Source: Octopus vulgaris (taxonomy: Eukaryota). Taken from it: a DNA stretch of 64,000 nt. The notes beneath the pieces were generated by a model that was given only the letters and a program-made list of their open reading frames with translations, did no database searches and had not been told where the DNA came from. The number at the start of each line of letters is the position of its first letter. Positions within the stretch are counted from its first letter, which is position 1. The position numbers and the translations under genes were made by a program. Positions 28,801 to 42,028 of this stretch are shown here, one piece after another. The stretch lies in the NCBI GenBank assembly GCA_951406725.2, contig OX597818.1, positions 98,642,001 to 98,706,000 of the forward strand. Direction: 5' to 3'.

Positions 28801-29511
28801 TCTATCTATTTCTGCATCGTTCCTCATTTTCTCAGTCATCACCCTCCTCCTAATCTCACCGAGCTCTAGTACAGTTAGCCATCTTTTCTTCCTTATTGCT
28901 CTTACCTGGTCACAGAGATTCTGATCAGTAATATCTGAGCCCTGCTTCTCCATCCATATGTTATGCATCATCTTTCTATATCATCTTATGAATCTCCTTT
29001 CATTATCAGTAGGTCTATATCCATCATCTTAGTCCATTTGGTTCTAGCAGCCGTATAATGACGAACGGGCCTGTGCTACTCATCCACAGGACACCTGTCG
29101 GGCGAAAGTACGTCACCTGTCGTTCCGTCCTCATTTACACCGTTGTTTGTCTTAATTCTATTACTCATTACTCTCATGCAGAGGAAAGTGCTGATAAAGT
29201 GTTATAACAACCAGTATTTTTCTCGAGACACCATCTCTAAAGGGGTTTTTGTCTAAAAAGACTCAAGTTTAAGTGAGCCTTCCTGCGCTGGACACTAAAC
29301 TCAGTATTCGGTGCTCCGCAGCTGTTATTTGGATGGCTCTTCACTCTCAGAGTCCATCCGTCCTTAGACAGGTCTTGTATTTCAACCCGCATGGTGATCA
29401 AATAGCAAAAGGCACCCTCCTCACAAAGCAAGCTCTTTCGGTTGGCCGGTTTAAGTCTCCGACGGTTCGACAGCTGCAAAAAAGGGGCAGCTGGAGGGAA
29501 GTTTACTAAAG

Positions 29512-29512
<1 letters not shown>
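25835..29512 (-). mobile_element. Near full-length degenerate R4/Dong-clade non-LTR retrotransposon (RT plus restriction-like endonuclease)
   Basis: [49 protein letters not shown]; YKYLGILE..KIRAINTWAVSLMRYGAGVVRW..LHPRSDTDRLYVPR; zinc knuckle CRMC..ETISHIVSEC; KILWDFTIQCD. The 5' end abuts (TAA)n at 29513. Confidence 0.9.
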
Positions 29513-29593
<81 letters not shown>

Positions 29594-29595
29594 TA
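29513..29595. repeat. (TTA)n microsatellite
   Basis: Direct reading. Confidence 0.98.
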
Positions 29596-29966
29596 GATGA
29601 ATGTTCAGTATTTGCCTTACAAGGTTGGATAGGCTGCTGGTAACAAGCAGGTGGGTGAAGAAGTAGATGGCGAGATGCATAGGGTGGTGAATTGGCCTGG
29701 TGGTGGGTGGCAAGTGCTCGAGGAAGAAGTGAAACAGTCTGGTGTTTTAAAGAGCTGATTTCCACACGACTGTGTATGAATAAAGTGTACGTTTTAGAAA
29801 TTTAAGATGAAGCAGAGAAGGAAGGAGAAACTTTTTAATTTAATCTGAATCTAACAAAAACCTAGCTTACTATTTGAATTGGCCTGTGACTTTGGGATTT
29901 CGGCTGATGAGTTTTACGATGTCAACAGGTAATTTTCACACTTATTGGAGAATGTGATAGGGACAG

Positions 29967-30011
<45 letters not shown>

Positions 30012-30180
30012 AAGAGAAGGAAAGAGAGAGTGAGAGTAAAGAGCTAGAGAGATAGAGAGAAGGAGGAAATACATGTGCTTTTAAGAATAGGATCAGCATG
30101 GTAGCAGTCTGATTTCTATATGACCGTGTATGAATACGTTCTAGAAATTTAAGATTTAAGCAGAGAAGGAAGGAGAAACG

Positions 30181-30263
<83 letters not shown>

Positions 30264-30279
30264 TATCTATCTTATGATT

Positions 30280-30470
30280 AAGGCGGTGAGCTAGAAAAAT
30301 GCTTAGCGATATTTCGTATGCCTTTATGCTCTGAGTTAAAATATTGCCGAGGTTGACTTTGCCTATCATCCGTTTGGGGTCGATAAAATAAGTACCAGCT
30401 GAGTACTGGGGTCGATGTAATCGATTAGCCCTCCCCCCAATTTCAGGTCTTCTGCCTATATTAGAGGGGG
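30280..30470 (+). mobile_element. Older SINE B-like copy
   Basis: AAGGCGGTGAGCT..GGGGTCGATAAAATAAGTACCAG. Confidence 0.75.
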
Positions 30471-30732
30471 CTGTTACTATTGTTATTAATTATCAGGTAA
30501 TACTTGATTCGGTGGAGCTCTGAAAAGTATTTTCCTTTTTGCGTAGGTCGACTTTATCTCTCATAAAATAAATACCTGTTAAATACACGTTTGAATCAAT
30601 TGAGTACATCTGATCCTGAAAATATTCTCTATTGTAAAAGTAACAATATTTTCTCTAAATTTTATAAGTGGTTATTTGTGAGGAAACGCCAACGATACTG
30701 ATGAGGTGACATATCTTACCATCTTCAGAATT

Positions 30733-31035
30733 GGAGGCACATGATCTAGTGGTTAGAGAAGCGGACTCGCAGTCGAAGGATCGCGGGTTCGAATCTCAGA
30801 TCGGGCAATGTGTGTGTTTATGAGCGAAACATCTAACCTCCACGCGGCTCCTGCAGAGGGTAATGGTGAACTTCTGCTGACTCTTTCGCCACAACTTTCT
30901 CTCACTCTTTCCTCCTGCATCTTGCAGCCCATCTGCGACGGACCAGCGTTCCGTCCAGGTGGGGAACCTATACGCCAAGAAACCGGGAAACCGGCCCTTA
31001 TGAGCCAGGTATGGCTCGACAAGGAACAAGCAACA
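30733..31035 (+). mobile_element. tRNA-derived SINE family C, full length
   Basis: tRNA-like head (TAGTGGTTAGAG..GACTCGCAGTC..GGGTTCGAATCTC), central CTGCGACGGACCAGCGTTCCGTCCAGG, (AAC)-like tail. Confidence 0.85.
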
Positions 31036-31061
31036 AAAACATCTTTAGAATTGGATCTCTT

Positions 31062-31267
31062 TCTCTTTCTCTTTTACCTGTTTCAGTCATTTGACTGCGG
31101 CCATGCTGGAGCACCGCCTTTTAGTCGAGCAAATCGACCCCGGGACTTATTCTTTGTAAGCCCAGTGCTTATTCTATCGGTCTCTTTTGCCGAACCGCTA
31201 AGTGACGGGGACGTAAACACACCAGCATCGGTTGTCAAGCAATGCTAGGGGGACAAACACAGACACA

Positions 31268-31304
<37 letters not shown>

Positions 31305-31471
31305 ATATATAACATATATACAACAGGCTTCTTTCAGTTTCCGTCTATCAAATCCACTCACAATCCGGGGCTATAGCAGAAGACACTTGCCCAAGATGCC
31401 ACGCAGTGGGACTGAACCCGGAACCATGTGGTTGGTTAGCAAGCTACTTACCACGCAGCCACTTCTGCGCC
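31062..31471 (-). mobile_element. SINE family A
   Basis: Homolog of 1206-1614. Confidence 0.9.
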
Positions 31472-32524
31472 TATATATATCATTATATTCACTGTTATAT
31501 AGAACTTGCACAAATAGACTTCCATTCTAGGTTGCCCACCTTAAAAGACCTTCCATGTCTTTCAGTTTGCATTGTTTGTTATAACTCAATATTATTGAGG
31601 TGTTCTAAGGTTGCAAGCTGACAGAATCGTTAGTACACCTGGCGAAATGCTTAACGCCATTTCGACCGTTTTTATGCTCTAAGTCCAAATTCTGCTGATG
31701 TCGACTTTGTCTTTCATCCTTTCGGGTTTGATAAAATAAGTACCAGATATTGTTCTTGTGCCATATTACTAAATGTTCTGTTATCGAAATTATATGGTTT
31801 TCATTATGTATATCTCGACTTTTATAAATTGTTACTGTTCTTACCTACATCTGGTCCAGACTTTCTCCCACATAAATGTTACATCAATTTATATTGCTTC
31901 TAAGAATCCATATACCCTATTTTAATGATAGTGCCTGACATTGATATTTCTATAAGTAAAAATAGGATTGTCCCAGTCTATGGTTTACTGTTCATAGCTA
32001 TTCACTAGCTTCTATCTGTAGACTTAACATTAATGCAGTGAATTTAATGACTATATTTACACACTATCCATTGACGATATTACTTAAAATTATTACATAG
32101 GAGTATTTATTCAGATGTCAATAATAACACAGCTATGCACTGTTTCCAAATACTAAGTTTTTAAAAAAAGTCTACATTTCACTCTTCCACCATTTTAAAC
32201 ATCTTTGTCGTGATCGATGTCATGTAATAATCAAGAATTACGATTAATATCATCTCTCAGCCAGATAGTTTATAATCTCCCTTGATCAGTGGACATCTCA
32301 TATGGAGGGGTTGTCTATACTAGCTTTCTGAATTTTATATTGAATTCTCTTTCCCCCAGCAATTTGAGTTATTAAGCGAATGTCGTCTGTTATTATAGAG
32401 TTGAAATTCCGGAACAAGTTTTGTATTTCACATTAGTTTGATAAATACATTCCTGCAACATAGTAATTGATTCCATACTATCAAAAACAGGGTGTGAAAT
32501 AGGGATGGGACATAGTTTAAGCAG

Positions 32525-32821
32525 ACGTAACTAGAACTGGAACAAGCACGTTTATAACAAATAAATAATTAATGTTACAAATAGAATGTTTTATCATTAT
32601 GAGACACCCTGTATATTCGTCTACATCCTTCCCGCAAAATTTAGACCTAGAGAATGCAAAGTGTAAATAATAAGAGTGTAATATTATCTCTAATCGGGTA
32701 AATCTAGTGATGACCTCACCTGCGATATAGTTTCGAATTTTCATTTGAGTTCTGTTGACTGCCATTATATTAACACAGTTCTCGAGGAAAGGTCGAAAAG
32801 TATCACTTTTGTTGTATTTGT
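32525..32821 (+). pseudogene. Decayed Ig-like exon (type A paralog of exon 39885-40205)
   Basis: CAG at 32522-24 and GTAAGT at 32822, ~297 nt. Read across stops and about three frameshifts it gives DVTRTGTSTFITNK*LMLQIECFIIMRHPVYS(TCG at the W position) / PAKFRPRECKV / ECNIISNRVNLVMTSPAI / VSNFHLSSVDCHYINTVLEERSKSITFVVF. This is collinear with GTSKAFMNK..LIC-x9-W..AKFVNCEKV..CNLISQK..IVC of domain 2. Confidence 0.55.
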
Positions 32822-32916
32822 GTAAGTGATCGATTTTACTGGCTTTTATTTATTTGATATTTATTTAACTTTGTTATAAGTTTTATTATGTCTTTTTTTT
32901 TTTTTTACTTTTTCAG

Positions 32917-33219
32917 AGAAATCGTATCCGATATCTACTAAGAGCAGGACATATTTTGCCAAAGTTAATGAACAAATAGAAATCGTATATGAATTTTACT
33001 ATGGAGAAAAACTACGTGAGTGGGTTGTTAGTGGGCTCACATTGGGTAATTGTTCTTTCACCAGACCACTTGAGGACGATTCATTCAAGATCGATAGTAT
33101 TTCTTGTGAGGAAAAGTCTTCAACTCTGAAATTGACACTCCTTGCAAACAGGAGACTGACTTTTCTTTGTTACACTAATTCATGTAGCGCGACATCATTT
33201 ATAGTACAACCAATGCATG
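32917..33219 (+). CDS. Internal exon, Ig-like domain 1 (type B) of a single-pass membrane protein
   Basis: Polypyrimidine tract plus TTTCAG acceptor (ends 32916) and G|GTAAGT donor (33220). 303 nt, phase 1-1, open: KSYPISTKSRTYFAKVNEQIEIVYEFYYGEKLREWVVSGLTLGNCSFTRPLEDDSFKIDSISCEEKSSTLKLTLLANRRLTFLCYTNSCSATSFIVQPMH. Alternating beta-strand pattern, core W, C-x17-C, F-strand C; the B-strand Cys position is Tyr. Confidence 0.75.
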
Positions 33220-33451
33220 GTAAGTATGCTTATTTAGAAGTTTTATTTCTTTTCACTTACTTGTAGTGAGGTGAAGGTGTGTCGAGTGTCCCAAGTAGTT
33301 TATAAGTGAAGTGTGTGAGCTGTGTTTCGTGAGGTAGTTTCTGGGAAGCAACATATGACATACTCAGCTATGTCTCGAACTGTTATGAAAGCGTCAATTC
33401 CCAATGGGTCGAGATATTGAAATAGAGAAACAACACACACATACCTACACT

Positions 33452-33527
<76 letters not shown>

Positions 33528-33660
33528 CGTGCATATACGTACACACACGCATAAGTACACTCATACACGCATACACAAACAATAAACGTATACACGTGCA
33601 CACACACTCACACATATAATATTTTACTTTTTATGCGTTTCAACCTATACACACATACAT

Positions 33661-33970
33661 AGGAGCACTCCGTCGGTTACGACGACGAGGGTCCCAGCTG
33701 ATACGATCAACGGAACTGCCTACTCGTAACTGAGCAATCCACAGACATGTGTACCCCTAACGTAGTTCTCAGGGAGATTCAGCGTGACACATATTGTGAC
33801 AAGGTCGGTCCTTTCAAATACAGGTACTACTCATTTTTGTCAGCTGAGTGGACTGGACCAACGTGAAATAAAGTGTCTTGCTCAAGGACACAACACGTCA
33901 CCGGGAATCGAACTCACGACCTTACAATCGTGAGCCGAATGCCCTAACCACTAAGCCACGCGCCTTCACA
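33661..33970 (-). mobile_element. tRNA-derived SINE (head type D, distinct tail)
   Basis: Minus strand GGCGCGTGGCTTAGTGGTTAGGGC..GAGTTCGATTCCC (A and B boxes). Inserted in (CATA)n. Confidence 0.8.
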
Positions 33971-34049
33971 TACATACATACATACATACATACATACATA
34001 CATACATACATACATACATACATACATACATACATACATACATACATAC

Positions 34050-34585
34050 ATTGTGGAAATCAGCTGCGTCGCGGATGTTAACATAAATATCAGCGAAAAA
34101 GAAAAATATCTACGCCGAACTTGTGAAGAATCTACAGTTACTCTACCCAGATTACAGTTCACTGTCTAAGTACCTATGTATATTCAGAAATTAGGCTTCT
34201 CAAAACCAGAAAGGGGAAAATTCATTCGAAGACTACAGATCCAAGCCATCACTGGAACTGTAAAAGTCTGTAAAACTTTCCAGAAGTTTATCCTTTAAGT
34301 ATATATGAGCATGTCTATAAAGTAGCTTTATGAATGATAATACATACATAAAACAAAACAAACCTACAAACATACTTACATACAAACGTATGTACATGCA
34401 TACATATATACATACATACACACATACATACATACATACATACATACATACATACATACATACATACATACATACCCTGTTGATGTTGAAATTCCAATGA
34501 AGGACACTTAGATCTAGGTTAGAAACCGGTTCTTTCTCTATTGGCATGAAATCTGGAGAAAAAACTCCATAACGACATTCATACA
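34050..34585 (+). mobile_element. 3' end fragment of (CATA)n-associated R4-like LINE
   Basis: VEISC..DVNI..ITGTVKVCKTFQKF plus a 3' UTR shared with 51222-51920, 52290-54670 and 59950-60445. Confidence 0.85.
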
Positions 34586-34637
34586 TACATTTTCATCTGT
34601 CAAGTGTAAACATAAGAGGACAGACAATAAAAATGTA

Positions 34638-35120
34638 CCGTAAATCTTCGAGTATACTCCGCCCTTGAGTATAACACACAGGAGATTTTTAGGGGATCGT
34701 ACCTCTGAAAAATCTAAACCTTGTGTATAATACGTACCCCTTCTCTAACTTGAGTCAAGGAGGTCTATATAACGTCCTTGGTTTGTAAAAATGCATACGG
34801 TAACGTCCTATATTAGCTTTTTTGTGCATTTTGTTTGCAGAAAATAAAGAAATAACAGTAATAACAGTAATAACGTTTCATAAATGTTGCTTACTGCAAG
34901 TTATGGATGATTCTTTTTTGACTTTATTGTTTTTAGGCTTAGCTTAAGGTATTTTCGCGCCCGACATCACAAAACGTGTCTGAATAAACATTGCCGGACA
35001 GCAAATAGAGACTCGGACATTGCTTAGAAAATATTTTTCATTTTTAACCTCGTATATAGTACGCACTAGGGATTTTGACCTTAAAATTTTGGGAAAAAAA
35101 TGCGGATTATATTCGAAAAA
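34638..35120. mobile_element. pogo/Tigger-like MITE with eroded right end
   Basis: TA|CCGTAAATCTTCGAGTATA left end with subterminal repeats; the right end TGCGGATTATATTCGA is partly complementary. Confidence 0.6.
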
Positions 35121-35361
35121 CAAGAATTCTTGTTTTTCGTTTTTTTGTTTTTTCCGTTTCTACGTCTTATTGTGATGTCCTGTACTCACGTATAATTATT
35201 TATATATGTATGTATATATACATGTAGATGTAGGTACGTACATATATGTTTGTATGTATGCATATATTTTTATTTATCACCTTATTGTCTGACAGCGCCC
35301 CGCATTAGGTTCGCTCCGATTTGTCGTTTCGTTCCACTTCTTGGTTCCTTTTTTTTTATAT

Positions 35362-35595
<234 letters not shown>

Positions 35596-35993
35596 ACCGC
35601 AGTCAAATGACTGAAACAAGTAAATGAATAGTACCCTCTCACATTCAAAAATGTATTCCAGCGGCCCTTCAGTTCTTCTAAGCCCTGTAAAAGACTCTGA
35701 ATGTTATCCTCCAGCCAGGCCTTTCATAATACCCTTAAGGGCAGGAAGTTTTCAGCATCCCGACTTGATGTGTGTTTGCGTGTATGTGTGTGTGTGTAAT
35801 ATATATATATATATATTTATTTATATATATATACAATTTGGGATACTGAAATACATATACATATATGCAAGGATTCAGGACTTGAAGGCTTATTGAAATC
35901 GTGTAGAAATCTTTGGTTACCGGGAGTAATTGAATATTCATGTAAATTCTATCAGACGTAAGATCAATCCTGAGTCTGAGTCAAATCGAATAA

Positions 35994-36024
<31 letters not shown>

Positions 36025-36031
36025 AATAATA

Positions 36032-36164
<133 letters not shown>

Positions 36165-36192
36165 TGTAGTAGTAGTAGTAGTAGTAGTAGTA

Positions 36193-36716
36193 TGAGAGCA
36201 GTGCATGCCATCAAAGTGACACTGGGGTAAAATATACGAAGCCCAGTATACCCACCATGACTACCCGTCTGATAAGGGTACACCAGGCACATGCATCACA
36301 ACCATATGTACGCGACATGGTGATCTCATATAAAAATAAACAGCGCTTGACATTGCAGGTGGGGCCCAGTTAGAATTTTCTTCTGGTCGAGTAGCCCATC
36401 CTGCTCAGAAGGTCCCTGAATAAAGATTGTTTACGGTTGTTGAACGAACCGCACAAAGGTGAATTATCCAAACATCTAAGAATTCCTTTCAACACACGGC
36501 TATGATGCGCCCCTACTACTTCTGCTCATGATCAGCGATGCACATATCGTCAGCCACTAAGGGACTTGCTCAACTGGTTATGGTCAAACAACTGACCAGC
36601 AAATCTGTGGTATTGAGCAGAAAATTTGCTGCAGCCCATCTTTTATACCAAGACAAAACAATGTACATGATAACACTTCTAATCAGTTAAGATCAAAAGC
36701 CATGAGAGCCACTATC
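36193..36716 (-). repeat. ~530-bp interspersed repeat, copy 2
   Basis: Inverted homolog of 216-745. Abuts (TAG)n/(TTA)n and (CAT)n tracts. Confidence 0.8.
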
Positions 36717-37133
36717 TGGAAATGCAGGGGGGCATATCATCATCAGCAGCATCATCATCATCATCATCGTCATCATCATCATCACCAAAACCACCACCAC
36801 CACCATTATCATCCTCATCCTCCTCATCATCATCATCAACTGATTGCTACCTAGCTCAGATATCAGGAAATCAAAAAATGGCAGAAATTGTTTTTATATA
36901 GTGCTCAGGGAAACTGCCCATATTCTACATACTGTCTATGTAATCTCAAATTTTAAAACAAACTTATAATTCTCTTGTGTTTTCTTAAACATCCTCTAGA
37001 ACAATACTTTGTGCAAAACCAAATATATGACACCCTAGGTATAACACCAACTTGAATTTCTTACTTGTTGTCTCTTGAAGTTTCTGGGCGAGACTTGGAG
37101 TCAACTCCTACAAATGCAAAGCAAAAATCAATC

Positions 37134-37242
<109 letters not shown>

Positions 37243-37371
37243 CCTTTCTACCATAGGTACAAGGCCTGAAATTTTGAAGTAGGGATTAGGTCGATTACAC
37301 CAACCCCTCTACCCAACTGGTACTTAATTTATCGACCCTAGTAACGATGAAGCTGATTTTTAATATATATT

Positions 37372-37430
<59 letters not shown>

Positions 37431-37440
37431 ACAAACACAT

Positions 37441-37521
<81 letters not shown>

Positions 37522-37522
37522 G

Positions 37523-37605
<83 letters not shown>

Positions 37606-37846
37606 TGATTTAGGCATCAGTAAAAAAAAAAATTGTAACAAAAAGGCATACTATAATCCTCATTAAATATGACTAGGGAGTGTTAGAAACACCTACATTG
37701 CTAGACATAAGAGCTAAATGCTCTAATGCTGCAGCCAAATAGCGTATAAAATTATGTGCTTTGAATGCAACATTAGAGTGTTTAGTTCTTATTTCTAACA
37801 ATATAGGTGTTTCGGATACCCTCAGTGATATTGAATGATGACTACT

Positions 37847-37901
<55 letters not shown>

Positions 37902-38351
37902 TATGTATATGTATATATATATATATATATATATGTATTTATAAATGTGTATATATATATATATATATACTCCAAAATTCCCCCCTTCTCCTCATCATCC
38001 TTCTTCTTCTTCTTCTTCTTCTTCTTCTTCTTCTTCTTCTTCTTCTTCTTCTTCTTCTTCTTCTTCCCTACCAAGAATTCACAACGACCTCGAACCCACA
38101 AGTGTAAACAAAAGAGACAGAGAAAGGCAGAAACAAGGAAAATGCCACTTATATTTGAACACTATACAAATATTTCTTTAAAAAAACTTTTCTTTTAATT
38201 TTTCAAAATTTAATTATTTAATCGTTACAGTTGAAAAGGTCTCAAAATGAGCGAAACCGGTACAGAAATGTTCTTTATAAAATTATTTTAGCATTTTCTA
38301 TCTTGACTTGTTTTTTCATATATATCAACTCGTGTGTTCCTTCTCACCCTT

Positions 38352-38407
<56 letters not shown>

Positions 38408-38999
38408 TTATATATATATATATATGTGTGTGTGTGTATATGTATACATACATACATACATACATACATACATACATACATAGCAAAAATTTAGATTCAG
38501 ATGAATATGGTACTTGAGTTGAGGTACCAGAATTTAGTACTGTATTATCCATACAATTTCAAAGTAAGGTGATTAAAATCAAAATAAGCAACAAGGATAT
38601 CCAGAGGTACTGCATTACCTCTGAATATCCTTGTTGCTTATTTTGATTTTATATATATATGTATATATATATATTGATAGAAATGGTAACACAGCAAAAG
38701 GATGAAAGAGACCTCGATATTATGTAAATAGAGGAATTTATCTGTAAATGTATTATGTGGCAATTATTCGTAGCCATGATAAAACTCTTTTGCTTTAATA
38801 ACGGTCACCATGATAAAGCTCTTTTGTCTAGATAACGGTCAACCACACAGTAATTTCCCTTTCTTTAACGGTCATTTTCATAGCATTTTTTCCGATGGCC
38901 GGATAACTGAAGAGATAGCGGCGTGGATTTCCTCCCCGACATCCGAAACTCGGAGTTTTATCAGGGCTGCCGAATAATTGTCACATATTACATTTACAA

Positions 39000-39045
<46 letters not shown>

Positions 39046-39712
39046 CAAATATAAAATATAAAATATAAATTACAAAGTGGGACAAGAACGCAAAAACACA
39101 CAGAGATGGCACAAAAAAACAGACGGGTCACTCGAAGCCTCAGAGAATCCACTATGTGGACGCTCTAACGCTAAAGATAAATCCGTAAGGGTCTCAACCA
39201 CTAAGAATTGTTCTCGAGAAGAATTTAGCACACTATGAACGTAAGCGAGCAGGACAAATGAAAAATAACAAAAATATAGATTAACCCCAGACAATTGTTT
39301 CACTGTGAACCAGTGAGATATCCATCAGACTTCCTTAATTATGCAATTTTACTTACACAATTAATCCACAGATCATCAGTGAGATTCGTCATAAAATATA
39401 ATTTGTCGAACTGCACGCCAGATATTAATATCTGGTCGACAAATTGTCTGGGGTTAATCTATATTTTTGTTATTTTTCATTTGTCCTGCTCGCTTGCGTT
39501 CATAGTGTGCTAAATTCTTCTCGAGAACAATTCTTAGTGGTTCAGACCCTTGCAGATCTATCTCTAGCGATAGAGCGTCCACATAGTGGATTCTCTCTCA
39601 TATTTGTGTATTAATAATATTTGCTGAATTTCAGTTTTTTATGCGCTAAACCACTGGTATTAAATTGATGTTATTAAATTAATATCCAATTTTTTCACTC
39701 TTATTTTGATTT

Positions 39713-39757
<45 letters not shown>

Positions 39758-39884
39758 ATGTGTATGTATGTATGTATATATATACATGCATATTTGTATG
39801 TATGCATTTATGTATGTATGTATATGTGTGTGTGCGCGCGCATATATATGTATTTACATACTCATGAACATCTTATATTAGCAG

Positions 39885-40205
39885 GTGATGGGAATAAAAT
39901 TGAATCCGTGAGTGGAACATCAAAGGCTTTCATGAATAAAAATTTCACACTGATTTGCGAAATTGGCGACAGTCCTGAAGTTAGATGGTATATCCGAAGT
40001 ACTGGACTACTTTTGGCAAAGTTTGTTAATTGCGAGAAAGTGCCTGGAAGTATTCAAAGATTGCACAGCCCTGTACGTATCTCTTGCAATCTGATCTCGC
40101 AGAAATCTACTCTCGAGCTTGGACCCGTAAATCTGAAGGATGGTAACTTTACTATTGTATGCGCAACTAAACACCATGGAAGCGAATTCAAAGTTTCAAC
40201 AATCG
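39885..40205 (+). CDS. Internal exon, Ig-like domain 2 (type A)
   Basis: TAGCAG tandem acceptor and G|GTATGT donor (40206). 321 nt, phase 1-1: GDGNKIESVSGTSKAFMNKNFTLICEIGDSPEVRWYIRSTGLLLAKFVNCEKVPGSIQRLHSPVRISCNLISQKSTLELGPVNLKDGNFTIVCATKHHGSEFKVSTI. Ig hallmarks FTLIC-x9-W, STLEL and DGNFTIVC; two NFT sequons. Confidence 0.85.
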
Positions 40206-40702
40206 GTATGTGTGTTTCATGAAGGTATCACAAAAACGCTCTTTTCTCATTTCTAGCTTTTCTCCCTTTTTTTTTTCTAGCTCATTCTCTTTTCTCCCTC
40301 TCTCATTGTCATATGTATCTGTATACTTCTTTTCTCTTTTACTTGTTTGAGGAATTAAACTGCAGCCATGCTGGGCCACCATCATGAAGAATTTTTAGTG
40401 GAATGTATCGATCCAAGAGCTTATATATTTTAAATTCTGATACCTAATTTTTGGGCGGACAGGATGGTAATCACACCAACACCGTTGACAAGAGGTGGGG
40501 AGGCAAACAAACACAGACTCAAACACATACACACACATATATATATATATGTGTGTGTGTGTGCGTGTGTGTGTGTGTATGCCACGTTAAAAGCATCCAG
40601 TTCAAACTATAAGATGGTTAGCGTTTGGAAGGGCACCCAACTGTGAAAATCAGGACAAGACTAACTTCACCTGTGCTAGTGCCACGTAAAAGTCACTGAG
40701 TC

Positions 40703-41182
<480 letters not shown>

Positions 41183-41453
41183 TTCTCAAATTTCTACATT
41201 AAATAGGTTAAATATATATATGTTCAAAACGTCTTACGCGATGAGAAAACTTAGTATGGTGTGATATATATATCTATTAAACAAAGGAAGATTTGTCTGC
41301 ATATTGTTGCACTATGTCAACATCATATGTATATATATGAACTCGCAACAAAGCAATAGTTCCAGATATGGCCACTAGGTGACAGCACATACCTTGAGTG
41401 AAGAGCAAATCAAGGGTGCTAATTAATTTCCGACGGTAGTGTATATGTATATG

Positions 41454-41521
<68 letters not shown>

Positions 41522-41525
<4 letters not shown>

Positions 41526-42028
41526 GTTATTCAAGTAGAACGAACCGATTTCATTGCACAATGTTTTAATAAAATAACGCAGTAGAAAACTCCAGCTAAG
41601 TCACAAGTATTTACTCACAATCAACTTTTATTTCCTGTCTTACATGTGTTCAATGTGACCACCACCTGCAGCACGGGTTACATCAACGCAATAAGAGAAT
41701 TCCTCCCAGACGCGTATCAGCATATCACGATCCACTGAGTTGATCTCTGTTGTTATTCAATGTTTAAGATCATCGAGGTTAGTGGGTAGAGGTTTATGTT
41801 CCATCGCTCCCAGCTAAACTGGATCGTGATATGGTGATGCGTGTCTGGGGAGAATTCTCTAATCGCGTTGATGTAACCCGTTGTGCGGGTGGTGACCACA
41901 TTGAACCCTTGTAAGACAGGAAATAAAAGCTGATTGTGAGTAAATACTTTTGACTTAACTGGAGTTTTCTACTGCTTTTCTTTATTAAAACATTGCGCAA
42001 TGAAATCGATTCGTTCTACTTGAATAAC

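Noticed and set aside
30733-30805. tRNA-like cloverleafs here and at 33900-33965 and 63760-63828
   Set aside because: They are SINE heads continuous with SINE bodies, not tRNA genes.
32710-32821. MTSPAI*FRIFI*VLLTAIILTQFSRKG.. as a signal-peptide exon rescued by A-to-I editing of TAG/TGA
   Set aside because: It needs three edited stops, including T+AG formed at the splice junction. The same bases are explained more simply as part of the decayed Ig exon.
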